Shown: positions 1 through 9,264, numbered from the stretch's first letter. The stretch: DNA of 64,000 nucleotides from Peptococcia bacterium (GCA_050951585.1 JBMNJI010000001.1:40-64039); one strand, 5' to 3'. Notes: generated by a model not told the origin, from the sequence alone. Program-made: numbers and translations.

Positions 1-1
1 T

Positions 2-691
2 GAAATTTTAAGCAGCAGCGGGAACACCGACACGCCGTTCCTTTATAACGGGCGGGATGGGGTCATGACCGATGCCAACGGCCTGTACTACATGCGGGCG
101 CGGTACTATAACCCCGAGATCAGGCGGTTTGTGAGCCAGGATATCTTGCTGGGGGTAGTTATAGACGGACAAAGCCTCAACCGTTATGCTTATGTGCAGG
201 GGAACCCGATTGGCTATGTAGACCCCCTTGGATTAGCGAGGGACGGTGGAAAGCTGAGGGCAGGTAATTCTTATTTAAGTGTTGCTGATTTTCGATTACT
301 TCAAATGAATAAATCTAATTTAATACAAGCAAGAAGTTTACCCGCAAAAGGCAAACCAAATTCAACAGATCGATTGTATAATCCTGATGGAACCCTGAAG
401 CAAGAAAGATGGTACGGTCCAGACGGGAGAGCTTTGAGGGATAGAGACTATAATCACTCTGGCGAGGATACTCATGAATTCCCCCATGATCATGAGTGGG
501 ATTGGAGTAAAAGTCCTCCTAGACAAAAAGGAGTGCCAGTACCACAAACTGAGAAACCTGATAAAAATAACATACAAGACTCTACCTTTTGGGGGGCATT
601 AGGGGCAACAGCCGGAGTAGTGTTTTATATAATTATTTCCGAAGGTTCAAGAATTGTATTTCCAATAAGAAATCTTGCTCCTGTGATATAA
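2..691 (+). CDS. RHS/YD-repeat polymorphic toxin, 3' end only (5' part lies outside the window): end of the RHS core plus a variable C-terminal toxin domain
   Basis: The frame is open from nt 2 with no start in the window. The translation ...FLYNGRDGVMTDANGLYYMRARYYNPEIRRFVSQD...NRYAYVQGNPIGYVDPLGL is the canonical end of the RHS-repeat-associated core and ends at nt 235. The remaining ~150 aa (nt 236-691) are unrelated to RHS, lie in visibly AT-richer DNA, and end in a hydrophobic helix (FWGALGATAGVVFYIIIS). Confidence 0.85.
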   Translation, partial: EILSSSGNTDTPFLYNGRDGVMTDANGLYYMRARYYNPEIRRFVSQDILLGVVIDGQSLNRYAYVQGNPIGYVDPLGLARDGGKLRAGNSYLSVADFRLLQMNKSNLIQARSLPAKGKPNSTDRLYNPDGTLKQERWYGPDGRALRDRDYNHSGEDTHEFPHDHEWDWSKSPPRQKGVPVPQTEKPDKNNIQDSTFWGALGATAGVVFYIIISEGSRIVFPIRNLAPVI

Positions 692-715
692 TTGTTTTTG
701 AAAGGAGAAAAAACA

Positions 716-1063
716 TTGAATAAGCTTCTTGTTGACGGTCATGAAAATATTGAAAAAGTTTTTGGGTATTGGCCTTCATTTCACGACAAAATAATTGATA
801 AAATTGAAATAACGGACGGTAAAATTATATTATATTTTAAAATGGAAAATCCCCCTAATGGTGTTAAATCGTATAATGGAATAAAATTAATGTTTTGTGA
901 AGTTGAAAAATTTAGTTTAGAAGGCGAACCATATGGTTGTGCTAGCATTATTTTAGATATTGAATCCCGAAAAATGGACGATCATATAGAGACCCATATT
1001 TCTTCTTCATTAGGGGCAAGCGGAGTTATTCATTCAAAGAAGATGCAAATTGAGTTTGTTTAA
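716..1063 (+). CDS. candidate cognate immunity protein of the RHS toxin (small cytoplasmic protein; WPSFHD motif reminiscent of the Imm50-type family)
   Basis: It starts directly after the toxin stop (691). The likely start is TTG 716, 8 nt after AGGAG; the ORF-track start is 692. It is 115 aa with no signal peptide, shares the AT-rich composition of the toxin tail, and is followed by a terminator. Position is the main evidence. The family assignment is from memory only. Confidence 0.55.
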   Translation: MNKLLVDGHENIEKVFGYWPSFHDKIIDKIEITDGKIILYFKMENPPNGVKSYNGIKLMFCEVEKFSLEGEPYGCASIILDIESRKMDDHIETHISSSLGASGVIHSKKMQIEFV

Positions 1064-1198
1064 AAAGGAAGAATACAAAGTTACTTAATAAAAACAACAC
1101 GCTCGGGGGACAAAAATGAGGTGACCCCCCAATCGCTAGATTTTAGGTCTAACTTTTGGCGGTCAATACAAAACATCGGAAGTTGTTTCAGAAGGATC

Positions 1199-1233
1199 GG
1201 TCACACAGTTTCGGCTGATGTGACCTTTTTTTA
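1199..1233 (+). terminator. rho-independent terminator after the toxin/immunity pair
   Basis: Stem ggtcaca / tgtgacc (7 bp) with a 13-nt loop, followed by ttttttta. Confidence 0.6.
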
Positions 1234-1306
1234 TTTCTATGCTTATGTTGAAATGAAACCGGCGCTGTAATGCACTACTTGGCAGAAGAATCCAATTGGC
1301 ATATAA

Positions 1307-2955
1307 CCTGACTTGACCGCTTGTTATATTTTTTAAGAAATGCAAGTCCACAAACGCTGATATTACGCCATTTTTTAAAAAGGTTACTCTAAAATGTGGT
1401 TACCTCTTAGCTTCCCAATAAGCCATTTTGAGTATATGATTAGCATATGAGTAGTTTCATAAGAAAAAAGAAAACAAAGAGCGGCGCGATAGCCGTCCAA
1501 ATAATACACAAGAGAGGTCGCACCGTAACTGGTCTTAAGCACATTGGTACGGCACACAACGATGCAGAACTCGAAATGCTTCTTGCCTTAGCGCAGGAAA
1601 AGTTGCACGAGGGGCAACTTACTCTTGACGTTGAAAAGGCCTTAAGAAGCGGAGATGCTGACCTTCATTTAGAAAAGTCATACTCTGCACTGTTGTGGGA
1701 TACTTTAAGCGGCGTATATGATAAGCTCGCTTTTGACTGTTTAAATGACCTTGTATTCAAGCAGCTCGTACTTGCCCGTATTATCGAACCAACTTCAAAG
1801 CTTGACACTATCCGTGTACTGAGTGATTTAGGACTGGAAGCACCATCGAATTCAAGCATTCATCGCTGTCTGCGCAAAATCATTGATAAAGGCTACAGAG
1901 AACTTTTAAGCGAAGCGTGTTTCAAACATGTGAAACCAGCAGCGCTTAGGCTGGTTCTTTACGATGTAACCACTTTGTACTTTGAGATACAAAAAGAAGA
2001 TGAGTATCGCAAACCAGGGCTTTCGAAAGAACGCAGACTTGAACCGCAGATCATTATCGGACTTTTAGTGGATCGTACAGGGTTCCCACTGGAGATCCAA
2101 AGCTTTGAAGGTAACTGTGCTGAGGTCAAGACGTTTCTTCCAGTGCTTGCGAGATTCAGAGAACGCCATGGGCTGAAAGACATTACGGTTACGGCCGATG
2201 CCCCCATGCTTTCGGCTGGGAACATCTCAGAACTAGAACATCTCGGATATCACTATATTATCGGCTCAAGGCTTGCGAAAACTCCTTACGAAATAGAGGA
2301 ATATCTTTGCGCTGAAGGAACTGTCTTGGAAGATCAACAAATCTTCGAATCAAGCATGATTGTGACGGTGAATGGTAAAAGAACCAAGCGGCGTGTGGTT
2401 TATCAGTACAGGTCGAAAAGAGCTTCATTGGATCTTTCAAACATTGAGAAGACTGTAGCGAAAGCTCAAAAGATGGTAGAAAACAAAGCAGACATTAAGC
2501 GTAATCGCTTTCTAACGATCAAAGGTGACAAACGTGAAATCAATGTGGCATTGGTCGAAGAAGCCCGCCGTAAAGCTGGTATTAAAGGATATGTTACTGA
2601 TTTACGTATCCCGGCACAGGAAGTAATTGACGCATACCATCGACTTTTTCAGGTTGAAAAATCGTTCCGAATGTCCAAATCAGACTTAAAAGCCAGACCG
2701 ATTTTCCATCACAAACGAGATTCAATTGAAGCACATCTTACGATTGTATTTGCTGCTCTTGCTATTACTAGATACATCGAAGCAATGACCGGATTAAGCA
2801 TTAAGAAGTTCATCAGAAAACTTGCGCCGATTCGAACTGGCGTGGTTTCTGTAAACGGCTCTTCGCTACTGCTTAAACCACTAATTCCGGATGACGTTAC
2901 TGCATTGCTTAAACGCTTGAAGATTTAATGTGGTTACCTTTTCGGTCAAGTCAGG
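1307..2955 (+). mobile_element. IS1634-family (IS4-like DDE) insertion sequence
   Basis: A perfect 13-bp terminal inverted repeat, cctgacttgaccg (1307-1319) and cggtcaagtcagg (2943-2955), brackets a single transposase ORF. I could not see a flanking direct target duplication. Confidence 0.75.
1447..2928 (+). CDS. IS1634-family transposase
   Basis: 493 aa. The N-terminus MSSFIRKKKTKSGAIAVQIIHKRGRTV... and the later YDVTTLYFE, ITVTADAPMLS and FQVEKSFRMSKSDLKARPIFHH motifs are typical of IS1634/IS4-type DDE transposases. Confidence 0.85.
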   Translation: MSSFIRKKKTKSGAIAVQIIHKRGRTVTGLKHIGTAHNDAELEMLLALAQEKLHEGQLTLDVEKALRSGDADLHLEKSYSALLWDTLSGVYDKLAFDCLNDLVFKQLVLARIIEPTSKLDTIRVLSDLGLEAPSNSSIHRCLRKIIDKGYRELLSEACFKHVKPAALRLVLYDVTTLYFEIQKEDEYRKPGLSKERRLEPQIIIGLLVDRTGFPLEIQSFEGNCAEVKTFLPVLARFRERHGLKDITVTADAPMLSAGNISELEHLGYHYIIGSRLAKTPYEIEEYLCAEGTVLEDQQIFESSMIVTVNGKRTKRRVVYQYRSKRASLDLSNIEKTVAKAQKMVENKADIKRNRFLTIKGDKREINVALVEEARRKAGIKGYVTDLRIPAQEVIDAYHRLFQVEKSFRMSKSDLKARPIFHHKRDSIEAHLTIVFAALAITRYIEAMTGLSIKKFIRKLAPIRTGVVSVNGSSLLLKPLIPDDVTALLKRLKI

Positions 2956-2964
2956 AGAAACCTA

Positions 2965-3006
2965 GCCCGGTACACCTGATAAAACGGTTACCGGGCATGT
3001 TTTTTG
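2965..3006 (+). terminator. rho-independent terminator
   Basis: Stem gcccggta / taccgggc (8 bp) followed by atgttttttg. Confidence 0.55.
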
Positions 3007-3134
3007 CTATTTTGACCAAACTTGTGGGGTCCATTCAGTGATAAAATACTATTAATATAAATGGCAAGAGATATTGCAGGGTTTTGTAAAAATGTTTCGT
3101 CTATATTAATAAGTGAGCAGAAAGGAGGGGAGCT

Positions 3135-3698
3135 ATGGATTCACTTGAGTTGCAAAAGTTAGTCTGGCGATCCTGCAAGGGCGATCAGGAAGCTTTTGCC
3201 GCAATCGTCAATCTATACAAAGCATATGTATTTGCGGTTATTCTCAACTTTGTGCACGAAAGAGAAGAAGCCGAGAACATTGCCCAGGAAGTGTTTTTAC
3301 AAATGTACCGCTCCCTTCCCCGGTATCGCTCACAAAATTTAAAAGCCTGGTTGGGCAAAATCGCTCTGAACAAGGCTCTCGATTTTCAAAGGAAAATGAA
3401 GAAAAAGGGCCAGGAGGAATTCTTTACAGAGGAAGAGGAATTATTTAAGGCCAGGAATGCACCGATTATACCAAGGGATGACCCGGAGATGATCTTTTTG
3501 CAAAAAGAGCGGCAGGAGCAGGTGGAAAAAGTATGTTTAGCTTTACCGGAGGTTTACCGACGAACCATTGAAAAGTATTACCTAGAGGAAAAAAGCTATC
3601 AGCAGATTGCCGCGGAGGAAAGAACTACCGTTAAAACAGTTGAATCGCGCTTGTACCGGGCGAAAAAACTATTCCGCGAAAAATGGGAGGAGGGTTGA
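3135..3698 (+). CDS. ECF-type RNA polymerase sigma factor (sigma-70 family)
   Basis: 187 aa. The region 2 motifs (AFAAIVNLYKAYVFAVILNFV, AENIAQEVFLQMYRSL) and region 4 motifs (LPEVYRRTIEKYYLEEKSYQQIAAEERTTVKTVESRLYRAKKLF) are present. RBS aaaggagggg lies upstream. Confidence 0.9.
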   Translation: MDSLELQKLVWRSCKGDQEAFAAIVNLYKAYVFAVILNFVHEREEAENIAQEVFLQMYRSLPRYRSQNLKAWLGKIALNKALDFQRKMKKKGQEEFFTEEEELFKARNAPIIPRDDPEMIFLQKERQEQVEKVCLALPEVYRRTIEKYYLEEKSYQQIAAEERTTVKTVESRLYRAKKLFREKWEEG

Positions 3699-4300
3699 TG
3701 ATGAGGCACTATCAGCGTGAAGAGCTCCAGCGATATAAAGAGGGTCTGTCCGAGGGGAAGCTTAATGAAAATATAGCGCAGGAAATCGAGGCTCATTTAG
3801 CCGGCTGTGTGCAGTGTCAGGAGAAATTTTTGGCCTTGGTATCAACCGCAGAAGTGGGTCGCGCCGCCGGGCTGCTTTCTCCCGATTTTACGGACAAGGT
3901 TCTCGCTGGTGTAGCACAGCAACGCCAATCCGGACAACGTAGTTCGCAACAATATGGTCGGCAACAAGGAAGTCCGCAGCAACGTAAATCAGGGCAAAGC
4001 AGGCCCCAGAAGAGCAGTTCTTTTTTGCGCAAGCAGAGCCGGGAAAAGTGGCAGAGTTTAGTGCTCTATTATGTTGGGGCTGCTGTTATAACGCTTGTTT
4101 TCGTGAGCAACGGGCTCTTCCAAAAAATTATTGACGTGACGCCGCAAATGGCCTTGCTCAGTTCAATGGAAAGGATGGAGAGGTTTGAAGTGGGGGAAAA
4201 AGAGAGGGGTTTTGATTTTCCCAGAAAAGCAGTAGATCAGGCAGCACAATGGATTGAGAATTTTGAAATGCCAAAAGGCAGGGAGGGGGAAGTAAGGTGA
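3698..4300 (+). CDS. anti-sigma factor (zf-HC2 type), single-pass membrane protein
   Basis: ATG 3698 overlaps the sigma stop (TGATG). The HLAGCVQCQEKF zinc-finger anti-sigma motif is present. A Q/S/R-rich linker precedes one TM helix (LVLYYVGAAVITLVFV). Confidence 0.8.
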   Translation: MMRHYQREELQRYKEGLSEGKLNENIAQEIEAHLAGCVQCQEKFLALVSTAEVGRAAGLLSPDFTDKVLAGVAQQRQSGQRSSQQYGRQQGSPQQRKSGQSRPQKSSSFLRKQSREKWQSLVLYYVGAAVITLVFVSNGLFQKIIDVTPQMALLSSMERMERFEVGEKERGFDFPRKAVDQAAQWIENFEMPKGREGEVR

Positions 4301-5196
4301 AGAAAAAAAGTAAGTTTGTCACTTTTATCTTGTCATTTTTGCCGGGGTTAAGTCATCTTTATGTTGGCTACAAGGAAAGAGCCATTATCTTCTTCGTGCT
4401 TTTCTTCGGCGCAATATCTTCGGTGGCGGGGCTTAGTGTGATTTCGAATGATAGCGAGTATTTTGTTATGCTGCTCTTTATCTATCCATTGCTCTGGTTT
4501 ATTTCCCTGGTCGATGCCGTATCTTTAACAGACCGCCCTTTGAGTGCGCCGGGCGAAAACGGCGAGGAAGGATTATTTAACGGGAGGAAGGATCCGGATG
4601 ATCCCTCCTGGTTTAATCTCAGTAACAAAAAACTAATCACAGTAGCCTTATCCATGGTCCCCGGAGCCGGACATATGTACCTGGGGTTGCAGAATCGAGG
4701 GCTTGCTTTGATGACGCTCTTTTTCTTCTCAGCTTTTCTGATGGGTTGGCTGCGGATGTCCGTTTTCGTCTTTGTCTTACCGGTGATCTGGTTTTACAGC
4801 CTTTTTGATGCGTATCACCGGGTGGAGAATTCCCAATGGCCCCATGAGAATGAATGGGAATCTGCAGAACAGGAATTACCGTTTTTCTCCTGGGTCAATC
4901 AGCATCCGCACTGGAGCGGCTGGGCCCTGATTATCCTTGGTTGCTTCGTCCTCTTTGAAAGAGTCATCTCACCTTTGCTCACCTGGCAGGTAAGAAACTA
5001 TCTCCAGACCGGGATTGTCGCGCTGATTTTGATCGGGGGGGGCATTAAGCTGCTGCTCGGCAGCAGGCAGAATGATCTTGAAATTGCTAAAGACAGAGAG
5101 GGTAGTAATAGTAGTACAATTAGTAAAAACAGTGCAGGGATTGAAAGCAGTGAAAATAGTAATAGTAGTGAAAACGGCGATTTAAAGGAAGAGTAA
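4297..5196 (+). CDS. polytopic membrane protein with an internally duplicated module
   Basis: The GTG start overlaps the anti-sigma stop (GTGA). Two copies of the motif PG(L/A)(S/G)H(L/M)Y(V/L)G....R......FF are each followed by TM helices. The C-terminal tail is Ser/Asn-rich. Confidence 0.7.
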   Translation: MKKKSKFVTFILSFLPGLSHLYVGYKERAIIFFVLFFGAISSVAGLSVISNDSEYFVMLLFIYPLLWFISLVDAVSLTDRPLSAPGENGEEGLFNGRKDPDDPSWFNLSNKKLITVALSMVPGAGHMYLGLQNRGLALMTLFFFSAFLMGWLRMSVFVFVLPVIWFYSLFDAYHRVENSQWPHENEWESAEQELPFFSWVNQHPHWSGWALIILGCFVLFERVISPLLTWQVRNYLQTGIVALILIGGGIKLLLGSRQNDLEIAKDREGSNSSTISKNSAGIESSENSNSSENGDLKEE

Positions 5197-5212
5197 GAGG
5201 GGGGATTCGATT

Positions 5213-6238
5213 ATGAAGCAAAGAAGAGTAGGGACTCTGTCCATGGGGTTGCTCCTGATTTTTGCCGGGGCCATGCTTGTTTATGCGCAAATCAATGCGC
5301 AAAATGCCCTGGAGCTGGTCTTAACCTGGTGGCCGATTATTCTTTTTATGCTAGGGATAGAGGTTTTGTGGGCCTATTATTCCGCGAAAGATGAAAAGCC
5401 GAAAATAAAATACGATCTCTTAAGCATTTTTATTATTCTGTTCATTATCTTCACCGCCGTGGGAATTTATACTTTAAATCAGGTGGGGGTTGTTTCATAT
5501 TTCACGAAGATGATTGCGACGGAGCATTATACTCTGCCGCTTCCCACGCAGGAACTGGCCGTGGATGACTCCATCAGGAAAATCGTCGTTGATTCCTCCG
5601 GGCTCGATCTTAATTTACGGACCGGCACGGCGAATACTATCGCTGTCCATGGCGATGCTTATGTGACGGCGGATAGCCGGCAAACAGCCGAAGAACTGCT
5701 CCCGTCTTCGGTCATCGTTGACCGGAAAATTGGCGATACCCTTTACCTTTCGTTTAATTATCGGGGTTCAGGCAATGACCGGTGCTATTACTCCGGAATA
5801 GACGATCTAACCTTAATTCTTCCCGCTGACCGGCAAATTGAGGTGGAAAGCCATAATTATTTAGAAGTCACGGCGGATAATCCGGTCAAGCGGCTTTCTA
5901 TTAAGGGAGACGGGGTGGTGGAATTAAACATCCCCGCAGAGGCAAATTGCCAGATTAAAGCGTATGTGGAGCATCCTTCCCGGTTAAGCGGGAATGTGGA
6001 GTGGCAGCTTGACGGGAAAAACGAGCAGGATAGAACTAATGAGGAAAACAGAGGGAAAGGGCAAGAGAACCCTAAGGATATGGAAAATCCTGATATAGGA
6101 AATTCTGATGAGTATGTCAATAAGGTTGAGCGGGAGACTGAATATCAGCGGGCATTGATGGGCGAAGTATCTTTTGGCCAAGGAGAGGCCCCAATCACCG
6201 TGATCGGCAGAAGTGAGGTAAGGGTCAACCGGATTTAA
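5213..6238 (+). CDS. membrane-anchored protein with a LiaF-like N-terminus and a DUF4097-like beta-rich extracytoplasmic domain
   Basis: It has three N-terminal TM helices and then a beta-strand-rich domain (IVVDSSGLDLNLRTG...IEVESHNYLEVTADN...). It is the last gene of the ECF operon. The family assignment is tentative. Confidence 0.6.
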   Translation: MKQRRVGTLSMGLLLIFAGAMLVYAQINAQNALELVLTWWPIILFMLGIEVLWAYYSAKDEKPKIKYDLLSIFIILFIIFTAVGIYTLNQVGVVSYFTKMIATEHYTLPLPTQELAVDDSIRKIVVDSSGLDLNLRTGTANTIAVHGDAYVTADSRQTAEELLPSSVIVDRKIGDTLYLSFNYRGSGNDRCYYSGIDDLTLILPADRQIEVESHNYLEVTADNPVKRLSIKGDGVVELNIPAEANCQIKAYVEHPSRLSGNVEWQLDGKNEQDRTNEENRGKGQENPKDMENPDIGNSDEYVNKVERETEYQRALMGEVSFGQGEAPITVIGRSEVRVNRI

Positions 6239-6303
6239 CAGCATGTCCGTGCTCATTTACCTGTGATATCTGTTATAATGGGGGTGAGGAGGGACCAGAG
6301 TAA

Positions 6304-7149
6304 ATGACTAGAATAAGCAAAAGAGACGGACACACTCATACCCATTATTGCCTGCATGCTTCAGGAGAGCACGCCGAGGAATATGTCAGAAAGGCGATTG
6401 AGCTGGGTTTTACGACGTATTCCTTCACCGAACATCTGCCTTTCCCGGACAGCTTTTGGGCTAAATTTCCCTATTCCGAGGAAATAAGAGGACAATTGGG
6501 CTTGCGAGATGATGATCTGGACGGTTATTTCCGGGAAATGTATGCTTTGAAGAAAAAATACCATGATCAGATTGAACTAAAAGTGGGCTTGGAAATCGAT
6601 TATTTACCGTCCGAGACAGACTATTTACGGATGATGTTAAAAGAATATGGTCCTTATCTGGAGGATGCCCTTCTTTCTGTGCACATTATCAAAGGAACCG
6701 GCGGTTTCCGCTGTGTTGATGTAGGACCGGCCGATTTTACGGAGGGCCTGCTCAGTTACTATGGCTCTTATGAAAAGGTGCAAACGGCCTATTTTCAAAC
6801 TGTCCAGGAAGCGCTCACCGCTGATTTGGGTCAATACAAGCCGAAAAGGATCGGGCATTTAAACTTGTGCCATAAATTTCAGTATTATTTTCAGCAGGAA
6901 GGGGTAATCAGCGAGGAAACGAAGACGGTTATCCTTAGCGTGTTGAACTATATGCATGAGCATGGTTATAGCCTGGACGTAAATGTAGCGGGCCTCTATA
7001 AGAATTATTGCCGGGAAATCTATCTGTCGCCCTGGATTGTGCAGGTGGCCCAACAGCTGAAGATTCCCCTGGTCTATGGCTCGGATTCCCATGCTGTGGA
7101 TCAGGTGGGACGTGGATATGACCAATACCGGCAGTTGGTCGGGGATTAA
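6304..7149 (+). CDS. hisK: histidinol-phosphatase, PHP (HisJ/HisK) family
   Basis: DGHTHTHYCLHASGE...YSFTEHLPFP...GHLNLCHKF...VYGSDSH matches the PHP-domain metal ligands of HisJ-type histidinol phosphatases. Confidence 0.8.
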   Translation: MTRISKRDGHTHTHYCLHASGEHAEEYVRKAIELGFTTYSFTEHLPFPDSFWAKFPYSEEIRGQLGLRDDDLDGYFREMYALKKKYHDQIELKVGLEIDYLPSETDYLRMMLKEYGPYLEDALLSVHIIKGTGGFRCVDVGPADFTEGLLSYYGSYEKVQTAYFQTVQEALTADLGQYKPKRIGHLNLCHKFQYYFQQEGVISEETKTVILSVLNYMHEHGYSLDVNVAGLYKNYCREIYLSPWIVQVAQQLKIPLVYGSDSHAVDQVGRGYDQYRQLVGD

Positions 7150-7181
7150 GATTGAGTTTACGGAGAGAGAAGAAAACCATT

Positions 7182-7208
7182 AGGAAGCCATGACGGCTTC
7201 CTTTTTTG
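7182..7208 (+). terminator. rho-independent terminator after the histidinol phosphatase gene
   Basis: Stem aggaagcc / ggcttcct (8 bp), loop atgac, then tttttt. Confidence 0.7.
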
Positions 7209-7314
7209 TATGCACTAATAAAAAAAGGAAATTTACTCATACTATCCTTAATGAAGAATGAAGCGCTCTTTATTTTATCTTAGCGGTATATTTTATTCTA
7301 AAGGAGGAAAGAGC

Positions 7315-7821
7315 TTGAAAAGAAAGATTTTGATCCTGCTGGCCGCCATTATCCTGCTGGCGGCAGCGGGAGTGTGGCAGCAATTAATCGAACGCGGCGA
7401 AGGAAAGGAAACTCCGGAGGGTGCAATACAGGTGGCGAAGAAGGCTCAGGCTAAAGTAGGGACCGTATCGAGCAATGATACTTATGTTCTATCGAAAATA
7501 ATCAGCGGGGAGGCTCGCGGCGAAAGCTATATCGGCCAGGTCGCGGTTGGCGCGGTGATTGTTAACCGCGTCAAAAATCCGAACTTCCCCAACACCGTTT
7601 ACGGCGTCGTCTTTGAACCGGGGGCCTTTGATGCCGTTTCGGACGGGCAGTATTATCGTCCCCCCGCCGCCTCGGCCGTCAAGGCGGCCCGTGCCGCCAT
7701 TAACGGGTGGGATCCGACCGGCGGCGCGATCTATTATTGGAATCCCGCGACGGCTACTTCCAGGTGGATCTGGTCCCGACCGATTATTGCCCGGATTGGC
7801 CGGCATGTTTTTGCCCGTTAA
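7315..7821 (+). CDS. sleB: spore cortex-lytic enzyme, SleB/CwlJ (Hydrolase_2) family
   Basis: TTG 7315 lies 6 nt after aaggagg. It has a signal/anchor helix. The catalytic-domain motif ISGEARGESYIGQVAVGAVIVNRVKNPNFPNTVYGVVFEPGAFDAV is present. It lies immediately upstream of ypeB, as in Bacillus. Confidence 0.85.
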   Translation: MKRKILILLAAIILLAAAGVWQQLIERGEGKETPEGAIQVAKKAQAKVGTVSSNDTYVLSKIISGEARGESYIGQVAVGAVIVNRVKNPNFPNTVYGVVFEPGAFDAVSDGQYYRPPAASAVKAARAAINGWDPTGGAIYYWNPATATSRWIWSRPIIARIGRHVFAR

Positions 7822-7884
7822 TAAAGATGTGAGGCGGGTTATTGCAAGAAAGGCCGGTTATTTTAAGAAAGGCAGGTTTTGTTG

Positions 7885-9264
7885 ATGAAAAAGCGGTGGA
7901 CTTCGCGATATTGGTTATTACCCGGACTACTCACCTTAGCGCTCATTGCTGTTGGCGTGTGGGGATACCAGGAGTCAAGATTAAGGCAGGAACTGCAGAA
8001 CAGGGCGGAAAGTCAATATCAAAAGGCCTTTCATGAATTGACCTGGCACCTGGACAACATTACCGGGCAATTGGCCCAGGCCCTCGTCAGCTCCTCCAAA
8101 GAGCAGACAGTCTTGACGCTGGCCACTGTCTGGCGGCAGGTGTTTGCCGCCCAATCGAATCTCGGTGGCTTACCCCTTGCCTATGTGCCGTTATCGAAGA
8201 CGGAAAAATTTTTGTCCGATACGGGCGAGGTGGCGAATACTTTGTTAGCCCAAACCGCCCGGGGGCAAGCAACCCTTCAGGAAGAAAGCAGTAAAGTGCT
8301 GGAGGAATTATATCACCGCTCCAAGACGTTAGGGGATGAATTAAACAAATTGCAGGCCAAAATCCTGGGCCGCCAGTTAAGCTGGACGCAGGTAGAGCTG
8401 GCCTCCTTTGCCGGCGGGGGAAATTTAGAGGATAATACCATTCTCGATGGTTTTAATACCATGGAACAAAGAATTGAGGAGTATCCGGAGATTAATCTCA
8501 GTGAGGACTTTAGCCCAGTCGAGCAGGAACCGAAGAAAATGCGCGGCAAAGAGGAAATCGGTGAGCAAAAGGCGCGGCAGATCGCCCTTGATTGGTGGTT
8601 CAGCGATGATCCGGGCGAACATCAAGCCAGGATTAGCTACGAAGGAGTGGGGGATATTCCGACTTACGGGGTGGAGATTACTCCTTTGAACGAAGACGAG
8701 GGCGGGCCGGTCTATGTGGATATCAGTAAGTTGGATGGCGCGGTAATCTGGGCCATGAAGGAAAAGACGTCGGAAAGCCACAAGCTGAGTCTTGCCGAGG
8801 GGGAAAGAAAGGGACAGGAGTTTCTCGCCAGGCATGATCTGGAGGACTTTGTGGCGGTAAAGGCGCAAAAAGAAGACAATACGGCGGTCTATACCTTTGT
8901 GCCGCGGCAGGGAGAGGTCTTATTGTATCCCGATCAGATTAAACTCCAGGTTTCCCTTGAAGATGGCGAGATAACCGGGTATGAAGGTACGCCTTATTAT
9001 ATGTATAACCGCCCCCGGGAGTTGTCCGCCCCCAAGCTGACGGAGAGTGAGATCAAGAAGATGGTCAGCCCCCGTCTTTCGATTGAGTTGGTGCGTCCAG
9101 CTTTAATCGTGAATACATGGGGGAAAGAGGTTCTTACCTGGGAAGTAAGGGGCAAATTTTTTGAAGAGCAATTTGCTATTTTCTATGATGCCAAGTCCGG
9201 AATTGAAGAAAATATCACGCGCATAACCCCTTCGCCGCAATTTACCTTTGAGGTGGAGAGTTGA
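7885..9264 (+). CDS. ypeB: germination protein YpeB
   Basis: ~459 aa. An N-terminal anchor is followed by a coiled region and C-terminal PepSY-like repeats. It is the partner of sleB by conserved adjacency. Confidence 0.85.
   Translation: MKKRWTSRYWLLPGLLTLALIAVGVWGYQESRLRQELQNRAESQYQKAFHELTWHLDNITGQLAQALVSSSKEQTVLTLATVWRQVFAAQSNLGGLPLAYVPLSKTEKFLSDTGEVANTLLAQTARGQATLQEESSKVLEELYHRSKTLGDELNKLQAKILGRQLSWTQVELASFAGGGNLEDNTILDGFNTMEQRIEEYPEINLSEDFSPVEQEPKKMRGKEEIGEQKARQIALDWWFSDDPGEHQARISYEGVGDIPTYGVEITPLNEDEGGPVYVDISKLDGAVIWAMKEKTSESHKLSLAEGERKGQEFLARHDLEDFVAVKAQKEDNTAVYTFVPRQGEVLLYPDQIKLQVSLEDGEITGYEGTPYYMYNRPRELSAPKLTESEIKKMVSPRLSIELVRPALIVNTWGKEVLTWEVRGKFFEEQFAIFYDAKSGIEENITRITPSPQFTFEVES

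Noticed and set aside
1163-1351. 62-aa minus-strand ORF between the immunity gene and the IS
   Set aside because: It spans the terminator hairpin and the IS terminal inverted repeat. It has no RBS and no recognisable sequence.
3080-3134. Autoregulated ECF-type promoter (AAC...CGTC) upstream of the sigma factor gene; a cgtcta is present
   Set aside because: No convincing GAAC/TGAAAC-type -35 element lies at 16-17 nt spacing.
7559-7885. 108-aa Pro/Arg/Gly-rich ORF on the plus strand, and the 105-aa minus-strand ORF at 7489-7806
   Set aside because: Both lie inside or alongside the well-supported sleB-like gene in alternative frames. Their composition is typical of off-frame translation of GC-rich coding DNA, and neither has an RBS.
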